The notes beneath the pieces are model-generated. The model was not told the origin of the DNA. It searched no databases and saw only the letters and a list, made by a program, of their open reading frames with translations. Below are positions 11,637 through 23,252 of a DNA stretch of 64,000 bases, one piece after another. The position numbers were made by a program, and so were the translations under genes. Source of the stretch: Chiloscyllium plagiosum (lineage: Eukaryota). The stretch covers positions 19,539,366-19,603,365 of the forward strand of contig NC_057750.1 of NCBI RefSeq assembly GCF_004010195.1. The letters are read 5' to 3'. Each line of letters opens with the position of its first letter. Position 1 is the first letter of the stretch.

Positions 11637-13950
11637 CCCCTCAAAGATCAGCAAGGTGGCCTTTGTGTAGAGCCACAGAAAATGGGGGGAGATACTAAAT
11701 GAATATTTTGCATCAGTATTTACTGTGGAAAAGGATATGGAAGATATAGACTGTAAGGAAATAGATGGTGACATCTTGCAAAATGTCCAGATTACAGTGG
11801 AGGAAGTGCTGGATGTCTTGAAACGGTTAAAAATAGATAAATCCCCAGGACCTGGTCAGGTGTACCCGAGAATTCTGTGGGAAGCTAGAGAAGTGATTGC
11901 TGGGCCTCTTGCTGAGATACTTGTATCATCAATAGTCACTGGTGAGGTGCCAGAGGTCTGGAGGTGGGCAAACGTGGTGCCACTGTTTAAGAAGGGCAGT
12001 AAAGACAAGCCAGGGAACTATAGACCGGTGAGCCTGACCTCAGTGGTGGGCAAGTTGTTGGAGGGAATCCTGAGGGACAGGATGTACATATATTTGGAAA
12101 GGCAAGGACTGATTCAGGATAGTCAACATGGCTTTGTGCGTGGAAAATCATTACTCACAAACTTGATTGAGTTTTTTGAAGAAGTAACAAAGAAGATTGA
12201 AGAGGGCAGAGCAGTAGAATTCGACAAGGTTCCCCATGGGAGACTGATTAGCAAGGTTAGATCTCACCGAATACAGGGAGAACAAGCCATTTGGATACAG
12301 AACTGGCTCAAAGGTAGAAGACAGAGGGTGGTGGTGGAGAGTTGGTTTTCAGACTGGAGGCCTGCAACCAGTGGAGTGCCACAAGGATCGTGCTGGGCCC
12401 TCTACTTTTTTGTCATTTACATAAATGATTTGGATGCGAACATAAGAGGTACAGTTAGTAAGTTTGCAGATGAGACCAAAATTGGAGGTATGGTGGACAG
12501 CGAAGAGGGTTACCTCAGATTACAACAGGACCTTGACCAGATGGGCCAATGGGCTGAGAAGTGGCAGATGGAGTTTAATTCAGATAAATGTGAGGTGCTG
12601 CATTTTAGGAAAGCAAATCTTAGCAGGACTTATACACTTTATGGGAGTCCTAGGGAGTATTGCTGAACAAAGAGACCTTGGAGTGCAGGTCCATAGCTCC
12701 TTGAAAGTGCAGTCGCAGGTAGATAGGACAGTGAAGAAGGCGTTTGATATGCTTTCTTTTATTGGTCAGAGTATTAAATACAGGAGTTGGGAGGTCACAT
12801 TGCGGCTGTACAGGACATTGGTTAGGCCATTGTTGGAATATTGCGTGCAATTCTGGTCTCCTTCCTATCGGAAAGATGTTGTGAAACTTGAAAGAGTCCA
12901 GAAAAGATTTACAAGGATGTTGCCAGGGTTGGAGGATCTGAGCTACAGGGAGAGGCTGAACTGGCTGGGGCTTCTTTCCCTGGGGGCGTTCGAGGCTGAG
13001 GCGTGACATTATAGAGGTTTACAAAATTATGAGGGGCATGGATATGATAAATAGACAAAGTCTTTTGCCTTGAGTCGGGCAGTCCAGAACTAGAGGGCAT
13101 AGGTTTAGGGTGAGAGAAGAAAGATATAAAAGAGACCAAAGGGGCAACCTTTTCACGTAGAGGGTGATACGTGAATGGAATGAGCTGCCAGAGGATGTGG
13201 TGGAGGCTGGTACAATTGCAACATTTAAGAGGCATTTGGATGGGTATATGAATAGGGAGGGTTTGGAGGGATATGGGCCGGGTGCCGGCAGGTGGGACTA
13301 GATTGGGTTGGGATATCTGGTCGGCATGGACGGGTTGAACCGAAGGGTCTATTTCCATGCTGTACATCTCTATGACTCTAACAGTGGAATGCTCTTGCAC
13401 CAATTAGCAGAGTACGATTAAGGTGGAAAGGTCACTATGGCGAGATGAAATAACACAAGTAATAAAGCAAGTTTCTCTGTTAAGTGTTATTATGACAGGA
13501 TTGGGATAATAAATATTTGGGACATGACATTAAAATATCTAATTAATAGTTAGTCAGCTTGAGACAGGAGACTATTGTAATAGATGGAATAGCTGAATGT
13601 CTAGGTTAGTCTGAAATGGAAGATCACTGTAGCAGAGTTAGCAATAAGTATCTAATCATGACATTAGAATAACATTAAGTAAAATGTACAACTAAAGAGA
13701 TAATGGGAACTAGCGTTACTGGTTTATTGTGTAGCTGGAGGTACTTGGATTAATATAGTTGGACATGCTGAAAAACTAACAAAAACATGATTTAAAAAAA
13801 AATATTAAGAAAATCAACGGACCCTGAGGTTCGTGGGCATTCGAGAATCTGCTTTCTCAGTGTCATGGTTTTTGTTTGCAAATAAAAGACCTACTTCTTG
13901 AGGAACTCTGCGTCTCCTGGTGATTCTCTATATTTTCTCCAAAACAAATT

Positions 13951-13968
13951 TGGCGCTGCAAGTAGGGT
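13951..13968 (+). promoter_or_regulatory. ERV primer-binding site, tRNA-Ser-like
   Basis: TGGCGCTGCAAGTAGGGT 4 nt after the LTR end; resembles the complement of vertebrate tRNA-Ser 3' ends (TGGCGC(A/T)G(C/T)GAGCAGG). The tRNA assignment is from memory. Confidence 0.7.
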
Positions 13969-14397
13969 CATGCAGAGGCTCACCTGGACAGTGGGCAGCA
14001 GTAATAGGGCACTTCTTGGTCCACCGGGGGCACTCCTGAGACTGGCAGAATAAGGGTACCCAACCAAAAAAAAAAGGTTAGCATTTTTGCTGTGAATTCA
14101 GCTTATATTCTGTTGGCTTGGAGTGATCCTTGGGGATTTAGAAGTGGAGGGTCTCGCCGATCCAAGATCCAAAGGCAAGGGGTAAATTGCTGCTGAAGGA
14201 GACATGGAGAATTGGTCCAGAAAACTGCACAGTGGGGTAAGGGGTGAGTATGAATAGAACGTAGCAATTGTCTGAGTAAAAAAGTCCACGATTGTGTATG
14301 TAAGACCCTATAGATAGCTAGGGCAAAATAATAAGGGGAAATAGTTTTATAAGACCCTATAGGTAGATAGATAGGGCAGAATAAATAAGGGGAAATA

Positions 14398-15105
14398 CGA
14401 GACCTTGGAGTGCAGGTTCATAGCTCCTTGAAAGTGGAGTCACAGGTAGATAGGATAGTGAAGGCGGCGTTTGGTATGCTTTCCTTTATTGGTCAGAGTA
14501 TTGGGTGCAGGAGTTGGGAAGTCATGTTGCCGCTGTACATGACATTGGCTAAGCCACTGTTGGAAAATTGTGTGCAATTCTGTTCTCCTTGCTATGGGAA
14601 GGATATTGTGAGACTTGAAAGTGTTTAGACAAAACTTACAAGGATGTTGCCAGGATTGGAGGATTTGAGCTATAGGGAGAGACTGAACAAGCTGGAGCTG
14701 TTTTCCCTGGAGTGTCGAAGACTGAGGCATGACCTTATAGAAGTTTACAACATTACGAAGGGCATGGATAGGGTAAATAGGCAAAGTCTTTTCCGTGGGG
14801 TCGGGGAGTCCAGAACTAGAGGGCATAGGTTTAGGGTGAGAGGGGAAAGATATAAAAGAGACCTAAGGGGCAACATTTTCACACAGAGGGTGGTATGTCT
14901 ATGGAATGAGCTGCCAGAGGATGTGGTGGAGGCTGGTACAATTGCAACATTTAAGAGGCATTTGGATGGGTATATGAATAGAAAGGGTTTGGAGGGATAT
15001 GGGCCGGGTGCTGGCAGGTGGGACTAGATTGGGTTGGGATATATGGTCGGCATGGACGGGTTGGACCGAAGGGTCTGTTTCCATGCTGTACATCTCTATG
15101 ACTCT
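14398..15105 (+). mobile_element. 5'-truncated CR1 in the ERV leader
   Basis: ORFs 14410-14628 and 14644-15027 encode the CR1 ORF2 C-terminus; very similar to 12670-13379. Confidence 0.92.
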
Positions 15106-15573
15106 GAGTTCTTGGCTGTTAGCGCGCGCGTGCGTGCATGCGTGAGAGAGAGATTATAGTTTAATCATTGTGATCTGATTTGTATGCATAATTGTTTGTT
15201 GGTGGTTAAATGTTTGTGTTTTGTTTCCCTGGAACTCGAGATCCAGGGGTATTTTGATTTTATTTTGCACTGTAAGAATTTTAAGATAGTTTTTTTTGAG
15301 AGAGAATTTTTTCAAGAAACTGTTAGTGATTGGTGCATTTTGAAGTTGCAGTGTTAGATTGGTTTAGGCTGAATGAATGAGAATAGGTTGTTTGTATTAA
15401 CTAGCTGCAATTGAGCACGTTTAGGAATTGATAGATTGATAAGGGGCAATTGCAAGTTATAAAGTTAGGGATTGCTTATACTATTGACAAAGCCCTACCG
15501 GACTTGAATGGTATGAGGAAGTGATTTATGACAGCAAAGATAATACATTAGCTGGATTGAAATATATGTTAGG

Positions 15574-17620
15574 ATGGATAAAGGGACTGCAGTTGAGATA
15601 CTGAGTAAGAAATTTCCAGTGGCAAGTAATTGTAAAAATTTCTGAGAAATGGGAAAAAAGAACTAAGGATTTATTGACTAAACGGCCAAAAGAAGGTACC
15701 TTTGATAGATATATGCAATGAGATGGAAGGACTAATTAAGAAGTATAAGCTGAAAGATAAATCTAAGAATAGAAACCAAAAGAGGGATCAGGAGATGGAA
15801 ATACTGAAATTTTTCAGGAAAGAGGGTGAGGAACTGAAGGTAGCTTATCAGGTACCTGTGGTGACTAGGAAAGCTGCAAAAGAACAAGCTGAGTAGTGAC
15901 GGGAAACAGAAAAACAGGAATCAGCCCCCCTTCTTTTCCCAGATGTGGAGGAGTTAAATACACCTCCTCCTTACTCGAATGAAGAGGCATTGAAGCAGTG
16001 TCCAGTAATAAAGGGAACAGTAGAAATAAAGGGACAGTTAGAATGGGATGGAAGTGTGGAAGAAAAGAAATGAACTGAGGGAAAGAAGAGAAAGAAAAAA
16101 GGGACAGGCAGGAGAACATAGAAGCTATACAACGAGAGCAGGAAAAGCTATGAAACATGAGATTAGTGTGCTGCTTGGGCTAAGGGAACAAAAAGCAATT
16201 GAGGAATACACATTCCGATATGAAAGAAGGGCTGAAGAGAAAAAAAGTGAAAGTGATGCAGAGCAAGCAGAAAGGGATGATGAGAGACAAGGGAAGAAAA
16301 AGGCCCCAGTACCTAAAGAATGGCAGGAATTAGAAATAGCATCATACACAGAGCCCGAGGGAATTATTGAGAAATAGTGTCGGTAATTCACCTGGACAGT
16401 CTCGGACTCCTCCCTCCCCTTCCTAGACCTTTCTGTTTCTATCTCAGGCGACCGAATCAACACGGACATCTACACAGAGCCCGAGGGAATTATTGAGAAA
16501 TAGTGTCGGTAAAGGAAAAAAAGGGCCAACAGGGAAGGATGCTACCACTCCTTTTAAAAGAGGGGAGAAACCCACAATACATTCCCTGGGGAATTCAGGA
16601 TCTGGAAGGGCTGAAGAATGCGCTGCCCAATTTACATGAGGTAGCGGGAAGGTGGATCAGGGCTTTTGAAGACGAAACCACAGGGTGATTGCTGCTATAG
16701 GAGACTTGAGGGCACTGCTGGTGAAGTTGATAGGACTCCCGAAGTTAAAGGAAATAATGGTCTGACCCCATTTGAAAAATGCAACAGACAATCCAATGAC
16801 TGATGGGGCTGGGTTTGATCGAGTGAGACAGAATGTATGGCAGGCCTTAAGAGACTGTTATCCACCCAAAATGGACCCCCAGGCTCTGAGAGGGGACCCA
16901 CTGGGAGAAGGTGAAAACCAGTCTGCTTACTTAGAGAAACAGTTAAAGAAGTGGAGGCTGGAAACATAGGAAGACATAGAGACTAATCAGTTGCTGACTA
17001 CAATGTTCCGAAATTCCATCATTGAGGCAATGCCCTCCCAAGTCAGGTCAAGACTAGAGGTGATGGTGGGTCTGACATTATCATTGATCCACCAGGAATT
17101 TCGAGATCATGTAACTCATGCAGTTGAAAGGTTTTGAAAAGATAAAGAGGAACTGTCTGAAAAGCAGGAGGAGATGCAAAGGAAGCTGGCGAAAATGCAG
17201 CTCAAAGAGCTTAAAAAGAAAGAAAAAGAGAAGGTTAAAAAGGTGTTGCCAGTAAGAACCGACACAGTAATCAACACTGGCAGGAGCCAAGAGTCGGCTC
17301 AAGGGGAGTCCTACCAGCAATGGAGGTTTTTAGAGTAGCTTTCCTGCAGGTGATGTGTCCGGGGCAGGGCAGATTTAAATAACAGCCTAAACAGAATTGG
17401 AATCCCCAAGGACAGGGATGTAGGAATGGGGAACTAAGGTACATGAAAAATAATCAGGCTCAAGGGGGGCCAGAAATGATGTGCTGGGAATGCCATCAGC
17501 CAGGCCACTTTAGGAGGAATTGCCCCTTCTGGACCAGGCCCTCTCTGCCTTACAGCTGGCCTGGACGACGGGAATCCCTCGTGGCCGCTTCCCAGCAGGA
17601 CCTGTTAACCCGTATGAGAT
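15574..17620 (+). pseudogene. gag: ERV gag (disrupted)
   Basis: MA-like PKEGTFD; CA-like region YIPWGIQDLEGLKNALP...; single CCHC knuckle CWECHQPGHFRRNC at 17482-17523; many stops and frameshifts. Confidence 0.85.
16387..16470 (+). mobile_element. 84-bp Penelope RT fragment inserted in gag, flanked by a 42-bp direct duplication
   Basis: Insert translates FTWTVSDSSLPFLDLSVSISGDRINTDI; 16345-16386 is identical to 16471-16512. Confidence 0.85.
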
Positions 17621-18310
17621 GTGTTACAGATACCCCGAGAACCTGGGTGGGAATGGGCACTACCCTGTAGTAGCATGGGAGGCTGATCAAGAACCAGTAA
17701 TACATGTTAATATAGAAGGGCAGCAGACACCGATGATGATAGATACTGGAGCTACATACACTTGCGTACAGCCGCGGTATGCCTCTCACCTTCCCATGTC
17801 ACGTAAATTTGTTAAAACTGTAGGATTCTCAGGTAAATCAGAGTTAACTTGATTTACAGCTACAGTAAGATTAGAAATGGAAGGTAGGGAGATAGGTCTG
17901 CCAATATTAGTGTCCAAAGAGATGCCAATTAACTTGTTAGGTTAACTTGTTGTGTCAATACACAATTAGTGATGCAAGAAGTTAAAGATGTTAATGTTTA
18001 TTGGATAGGGGATATAGCAAGTGATATTTAAGTCATTTGGGAAGCAGAAGTGTTGACAATGTTGACTAAAGCAAGACCACCTAAGTCTGAGCTGCAGGAT
18101 GAGGTGCTAGAGGTGCTAGAGAGGCAGTGACAGCAGGAAGTCATTTCTCCACAACATTTGGGAAGTGAAACAATAGTATTAGGGGGGCAGGGAGTGATCC
18201 TGCAAATAGAGAGAAATGTGTTCCTGGAAAAGTAGTAGAGAGCACCAGGTGCTGCACCACATGTAACCTTACTGGTAAATAAGGGATATCAATCTAAAGA
18301 CTTAGGACGA
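17620..18310 (+). pseudogene. pro: ERV protease plus 2H-phosphoesterase-like inter-domain remnant
   Basis: MIDTGATYT (DTGA at 17742-17753) and PINLLG; downstream IVLGGQGV...APHVTLLVNKGYQSKDLG (PHVTL at 18257-18271). Confidence 0.8.
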
Positions 18311-18533
18311 AGTGAGGTCTGCAGATGCTGGAGATCAGAGATGGAAATGTGTTGCTGGAAAAGCGCAGCAGGTCAGGCAGCATCTAGGGAACAGGAGAAT
18401 CGACGTTTCGGGCATTAGCCCTTCTTCAGGAATGCCTTTTCTCTCTTTACAGATGCTGCCAGACCTGCTGAGATGTTCCAGCATTTCTCTTTTGGTTTCA
18501 GATTCCAGCATCCGAAGTAATTTGTTTTTATCC
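18311..18533 (-). mobile_element. Penelope-derived short element(s) with a hammerhead (18397-18433, minus strand) at the pol deletion breakpoint
   Basis: 18311-18433 is the reverse complement of the 19650-19775 unit; it is followed by another PLE-type tail in plus orientation. Confidence 0.8.
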
Positions 18534-19150
18534 AGAAGTTATCCTAAGGTTTAGTATACCATCGGAAATTAGTTCAGACAATGGGTTTGCCTTCATTCAG
18601 AAAGTAAAGTTAGTGCTGCAGTCTTTGAGAATCAAACAGAGGTTTGAGTGCGTGTATCATCCCCAGTCACAGGGTATGGTGGAAAGGATTAATGGGACAT
18701 TGAAAGCCAAATTAAACAAGATCTGCACAAGCACCAACCTTAATTGGGTTGATGTGCTGCTGCTGGCACTAATGGGTTATCGCATCCAGACTAATCGCAT
18801 GACCAATCTAACACTGCAGGAGATGCTCACAGGTAGACCTATGCCAGTGCCAAGGTGGAGAGGCCCATATGAAGGGCCTAGCTTGGAGCGGTTAAGCTTA
18901 GAACTTAAGCAATATATGCAGCAGCTAACTATGACACATGAGACTATCCACCTGCAGGAAACACAAAGGGAACCGACACCTGTCAACGAGAAAGACCTAT
19001 TAAATCCGGGGATTGGGTGTACGTGCGGGTTTTTCGAAGACGCTGGAATGAGCCAAGGAGAGAGGGACCTTTCGTAGTGACTAAGTCATCACCTACCGCC
19101 ATCCAAGTGGAAGGACGACACATATGGTATCACCTTAATCATTGTACTAA
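18534..19150 (+). pseudogene. pol: ERV integrase core and C-terminal domain
   Basis: IPSEISSDNG...YHPQSQGMVERINGTLK; after a frameshift, PRREGPFVV...IWYHLNHC (GPY/F-type module). Confidence 0.9.
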
Positions 19151-19487
19151 AGCTCTCCCACCAGCACAAACCAACTCTAACACTGAGGTAAGTGGAGCAA
19201 GGCTGAGGAACTTGGTCACAGGCAGGTCACACAGGAGGCCAGTACCCCTCAGCAGGGTTCTGAATAAGGTACAGGTGAAGTTCTTGGGGATACTGTTCAT
19301 TCCAGAAATGATTGTGATGGAGATGTGGAGCATAGTTCTCAGTGGGATGGGGAAGACATGGGGGATGCATCTGATACCCCCACTCTCTGGTGCCAGGCCT
19401 GCATACTTAGACTTGGAGACCATTAACTTGGCAGACCTGGACTGGTAATGCCAGTGTCATTCAGGCTGGGAGGCAAAGATATTAGAA

Positions 19488-21231
19488 ATGCAGACCTTGC
19501 TGCTCCTTGGATGGGTACGTGCCCGTGACAATCACTGGTATCAATGGGCAAACTATATGGCCGTAATGATGGCTAGACAGGACTGTTTCTTGTGTACAAA
19601 GGCAACCCCCTCATACTATATTGTCCCTATGCCTTATCCTATATTGTCCCTGATTCCTGAGGAAGGGCTCATGCCCGAAACGTCAATCCTCCTGCTCCTT
19701 GGATGCTGCCTGACCTGCTGCGCTTTTCCAGCAACACATTTTCAGCTCTGATCTCCAGCCTCTGCAGTCCTCACTTTCTCCTAGAAGATTTTAACCTACT
19801 GCGAATCCTCTTGCAAGGATACCTTCCTTGAAGAAGCTCTCTTCCTCCCTCTACTGATTCCTGAAGAAGGGCTCATGCCCGAAACGTCGATTCTCCTGCT
19901 CCTTGGATGCTGCCTGACCTGCTGCGCTTTTCCAGCAACACATTTTCACCTATGCCTTATAACTTGACCACCTGTACTCAATGGTATTTGCAGCTCTCTA
20001 GCCAATCTCTTAACCTGGATGATTCATCAACTTACAAGCAATCCCATTGCTTGTTTTGGTGCCTCCTACTTCAGGCCTCTACATTCTATCAGCAAGATTA
20101 TGTGTGCAGGCAGCAACTCCAATGGTGGTGTGGCTACTGTAACCCGTGGTCCCCCAGTAAAACTAATTACATGTTCCCTGTGGCTGTTTTCATGAGACAG
20201 GAAGGGTTGAGTTTTGAATGCTTTAAGTGAATTGGCTCCACACCAGTAGGCTATTTTAAGGGTCTTTACGGGAATACAATTGAATTCGAGGTGGACACCA
20301 CATTTGGGGCTGTTTTAAATTCTCAACGCGTCCCACTGGCAGATACGTGGTGGCTGTGTGGTAAGAAAGGAGGGTTGCACTCGACAGTGCGTGCTGACTG
20401 GAGTGGCAGCTGTGCCCGTGCAATGCTCCTATACAAGGTAGTTATGTTGCCACATACACAGCTTGATGCTACATCACAGTCAGCTTTGCGTCGAACTAAG
20501 CCACGGTATGTCCCTGATCCGACGGTACAGATTGATAGCATAGGACAGCCAAGAGGTATTCCTAATGAGTTTAATGCCCACAATGAGATTGCCGTGGGCT
20601 GGGAGGCTCTCATCCCAGTGATAGGGGTTAGCAAGAATGCTGAATAGATTTAATTACATTTATTATAACCAGCAGAGATTTATCAATTATACTGACAATG
20701 CCCTTGTGGTCTTGGGAGAACAATTGGATGCTACTACCAAAATGACATGGTAAAACAGATTGGATACTGGCAGATAAAGGTAGTGTTTGTGAGATGTTTG
20801 GGGAACACTGCTGTACCTTCATACCTAACAACACTAGACCTGGGAGATCTTTTATGAAAACAATGGAAAAACTAAAGAATCTAAGATGGGAGTTAAAAGA
20901 CAATGCGGGATTTGGTCATCAGGCTTTTGATTGGCTGAATAATATATTAGAGTCTTGAGGAGCATAGTTTGTCAAGATTGGTCTTATTGTAGGGTTGGTT
21001 TGGCTTGTTGTTGCCTTCATCTTTTTTGTGCTTTTGCCTTTTATTAAGTCCTCTTTAGTTTGCGTCATTACACGGCAACTTGTAATTTCAGCTCCCCCAG
21101 GAAGTGCTTATGCCTCTGACGGGACCCCGCTGCTCTACTATTATGATCTGATAACTGCCATGGTGCAAGGAATATGCCCACATGGGGACATCGATGATAC
21201 TTCTGAAGAACGTGTGGGTCCTAGATTGTGA
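19488..21231 (+). pseudogene. env: ERV env (EnvP(b)/HERV-I-like gamma-type), disrupted
   Basis: DCFLC in SU; WWLCG; furin-like RRTKPR; IDSIGQPRGIPNEF, INYIYYNQQRFINYT, CX6CC (CEMFGEHCC, 20788-20814); hydrophobic anchor at ~20980-21050. Confidence 0.88.
19638..19948 (+). mobile_element. Short non-coding PLE-derived element with two tandem hammerheads, inserted in env
   Basis: Hammerhead cores at 19657 and 19861 (204 bp apart); 12-bp TSD CCTATGCCTTAT at 19626-19637 and 19949-19960. Confidence 0.85.
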
Positions 21232-21430
21232 GGGATCTTGGGTCCTTTTTCCTGTTCTGGTTATTGGAGGACAGGTGTTTGGCCCAAGGGATCCCAAAAT
21301 GGACAAAAAACCCTTTAAGTCTCAGACTCCAAAAATTATTTAGTCCGTGCTGGTACCTACATTGTTTGTATTGGGCACAAGAGGGGCTGAGCTTATTGTC
21401 TTCTTTCTCTCGGTGAGACCTGTAGGTCTC

Positions 21431-21440
21431 AAAGGGGGGA
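21431..21440 (+). promoter_or_regulatory. ERV polypurine tract
   Basis: AAAGGGGGGA immediately before the 3' LTR. Confidence 0.85.
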
Positions 21441-21441
21441 C

Positions 21442-22737
21442 TATGGAAAATAAAGAACATGAGAGCATGATGACCACTGACAATCTGTGGTCTGTGGAAG
21501 GCAGGATGGGATAAGAATAGTGGAATGCTCTTACACCAATTAGCAGAGTAAGGTTAAGGCTGAAAGATCACTATGGTGAGACGAAATAGCACAAGTAATA
21601 AAGCAAGTTTCTCTGTTAAGTGTTATTATGACAGGATTGGGACAATAAATTTTTAGGACATGACATTAAAATGTCTAATTAATAGTTAGTTGAGACAGAA
21701 GACTATTGTAATAGATGGAATAGCTAAATATCTGTGAGAATCAAAGCTCACTCACTTCAATAATTTCAGTCCGAGACAAAAATCTGAAACAGTAATGTCG
21801 TTTATTTGTACACTTGCAAGTGGGTGCAATGTCTAATGCCAGGTAAGGCAATGACAAATACACATCAAATCCAACAAACTCTCGAAATTTATACAATTTG
21901 AATCCCCATATTTTTTTTCTTATTTCATTGTTTGCCCCCTCCTCCGCTTACTTCACTCATTTCCTTAAGACTGATCCCACAACTTCTGTTTATCCGGCCT
22001 TGTCCGTGACAAATGCCTATCTCTGGCCCCCATAAGGTTGTTTGACGTCATCCCATCCTTTGCTTAATATTATCTACTCCCTCCATCTGCGCTGCCCCTC
22101 ACAGCATCTTATCACTAAGCCCTTTTAATTGGGGTTTGTTCCTGTGTCTGTGTACAAGTGGGAAACCTACTGTTTATACAGGCCTCTCTTCACAGCATTT
22201 TATCTAGTGCCTGTATTTCTACCATTATTTTGTAATCACGTCTCATGCTGACATATCATTTTTAACGGATTATATATTTCCTCATTCTTGCTAATTCAGC
22301 TCTCGGCCGAAACAATCCCAAACTAATGTGAATTCATTTACTCTCTATCAGAACTTATAATTGCAGAAATAACATTAATTCACCTATATCCCACATATCT
22401 ATCATGGCAGGTTAGTCTGAAATGGAAAATCACTGTAGCAGAGTTAGCAATAAGTATCTAATCATGACATTAGAATAACATTAAGTAGAAGGTACGACCA
22501 AAGAGATAATGGGAACTAACATTATTGGTTTATTGTGTAGCTAGAGTGAGGTACTTTGATTAATATAATTGGACATGCTGATAAGCTAACAGAAACATAA
22601 TTTAAAAAGATATAAAAATCCATGGACCCTGAGGTTCATGGGCATTCGAGAATCTGCTTTTTGTTTGCAGATAAAAGTAGTACTTCTTGAGGAACTCTCT
22701 GCGTCTCCTGGTGATTCTCTATATTTTCTCCACAACA
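21442..22737 (+). repeat. ERV 3' LTR, containing a nested solo LTR
   Basis: Aligns to the 5' LTR (13 substitutions in a ~170-bp block counted by eye); ends CTCCACAACA. Confidence 0.9.
21733..22395 (-). mobile_element. Solo LTR, family B, nested in the ERV 3' LTR
   Basis: TGTGAGA...TCCCACA termini; exact 4-bp TSD TATC; absent from the 5' LTR; AATAAA on the minus strand. Confidence 0.88.
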
Positions 22738-22862
22738 CACACGGAGGAAACCCACACAGACACGGAGAATGTGCAAACTCCACACAGACACTCACCCGAG
22801 GCTGGAATCAACCCCTATTAACGGGCACTGAGAGGCAGCATTGCTAACCACTAAGCCACCAT
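22738..22862 (-). mobile_element. HE1 SINE, 5' half
   Basis: GGAGGAAACCCAC...TGCTAACCACTAAGCCACC; continuation of 9800-10004. Confidence 0.88.
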
Positions 22863-23252
22863 GATGGATGTGTTACCTCCACTCTGAAGAAAGGACTGCA
22901 AGCTCCTTCCAATCACTCTAAAATTAATATTAGGAAACCTCTGAAAAACTTACAAAATTCGAACAGGACTGGAAAGTAGTGATGGAGGAAGAATGTTCCT
23001 GATAATGGTGAAGTCCACAATCACAGGAAGGGATTGAGGCCAAATCGTTGTAAGATTTTAATGAAAAGGTTGGACTTGGGGCTCAACGGGTATGGGGACA
23101 AAGTAGGATGGTTGATAAGCCCTGACCATAATGAATGGAGGAGCAGGCTGGAAGGGTTGAAGGGCCGCCCCCTCCTGCTCCTATTTTCTTTTCAAAACAT
23201 TGAGCCTACAAAGCTTTGCATAATACACAAGATGTTGAGGTAGCATCTCCTC

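Larger units (their letters stand above)
10101..13379 (+). mobile_element. CR1 LINE (end of ORF1 to 3' UTR) with internal deletion and PLE insertions
   Basis: ORFs 10640-10975 (YYRPPN, GDFNFP), 11725-12666 ([13 protein letters not shown]) and 12464-13006; tail CTCTATGACTCT. Confidence 0.92.
10005..13946 (+). repeat. ERV 5' LTR (10005-10100 joined to 13380-13946), split by a CR1 insertion
   Basis: Both pieces align to the 3' LTR; AATAAA at 13881-13886; ends in CA followed by the PBS. Confidence 0.9.
10005..22737 (+). mobile_element. Decayed class I (epsilon/gamma-like) endogenous retrovirus provirus
   Basis: Paired LTRs, PBS, gag-pro-(2H)-IN-env order, PPT, 4-bp TSD CACC/CACA inside an HE1 SINE. 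Confidence 0.93.

Noticed and set aside
15121..15153. (GC)n/(GCGT)n/(GA)n tract as a functional Z-DNA element
   Set aside because: Short simple repeat in a dead ERV leader; no supporting evidence.
18120..20970. APOBEC-type G-to-A hypermutation of the ERV (several stops at probable Trp codons)
   Set aside because: Few sites, mixed dinucleotide contexts, and the host GPCR pseudogene shows the same change; not separable from neutral decay without a consensus alignment.
19488..21231. Domesticated syncytin-like env
   Set aside because: Multiple stops, a deletion in the immunosuppressive region and a PLE insertion.
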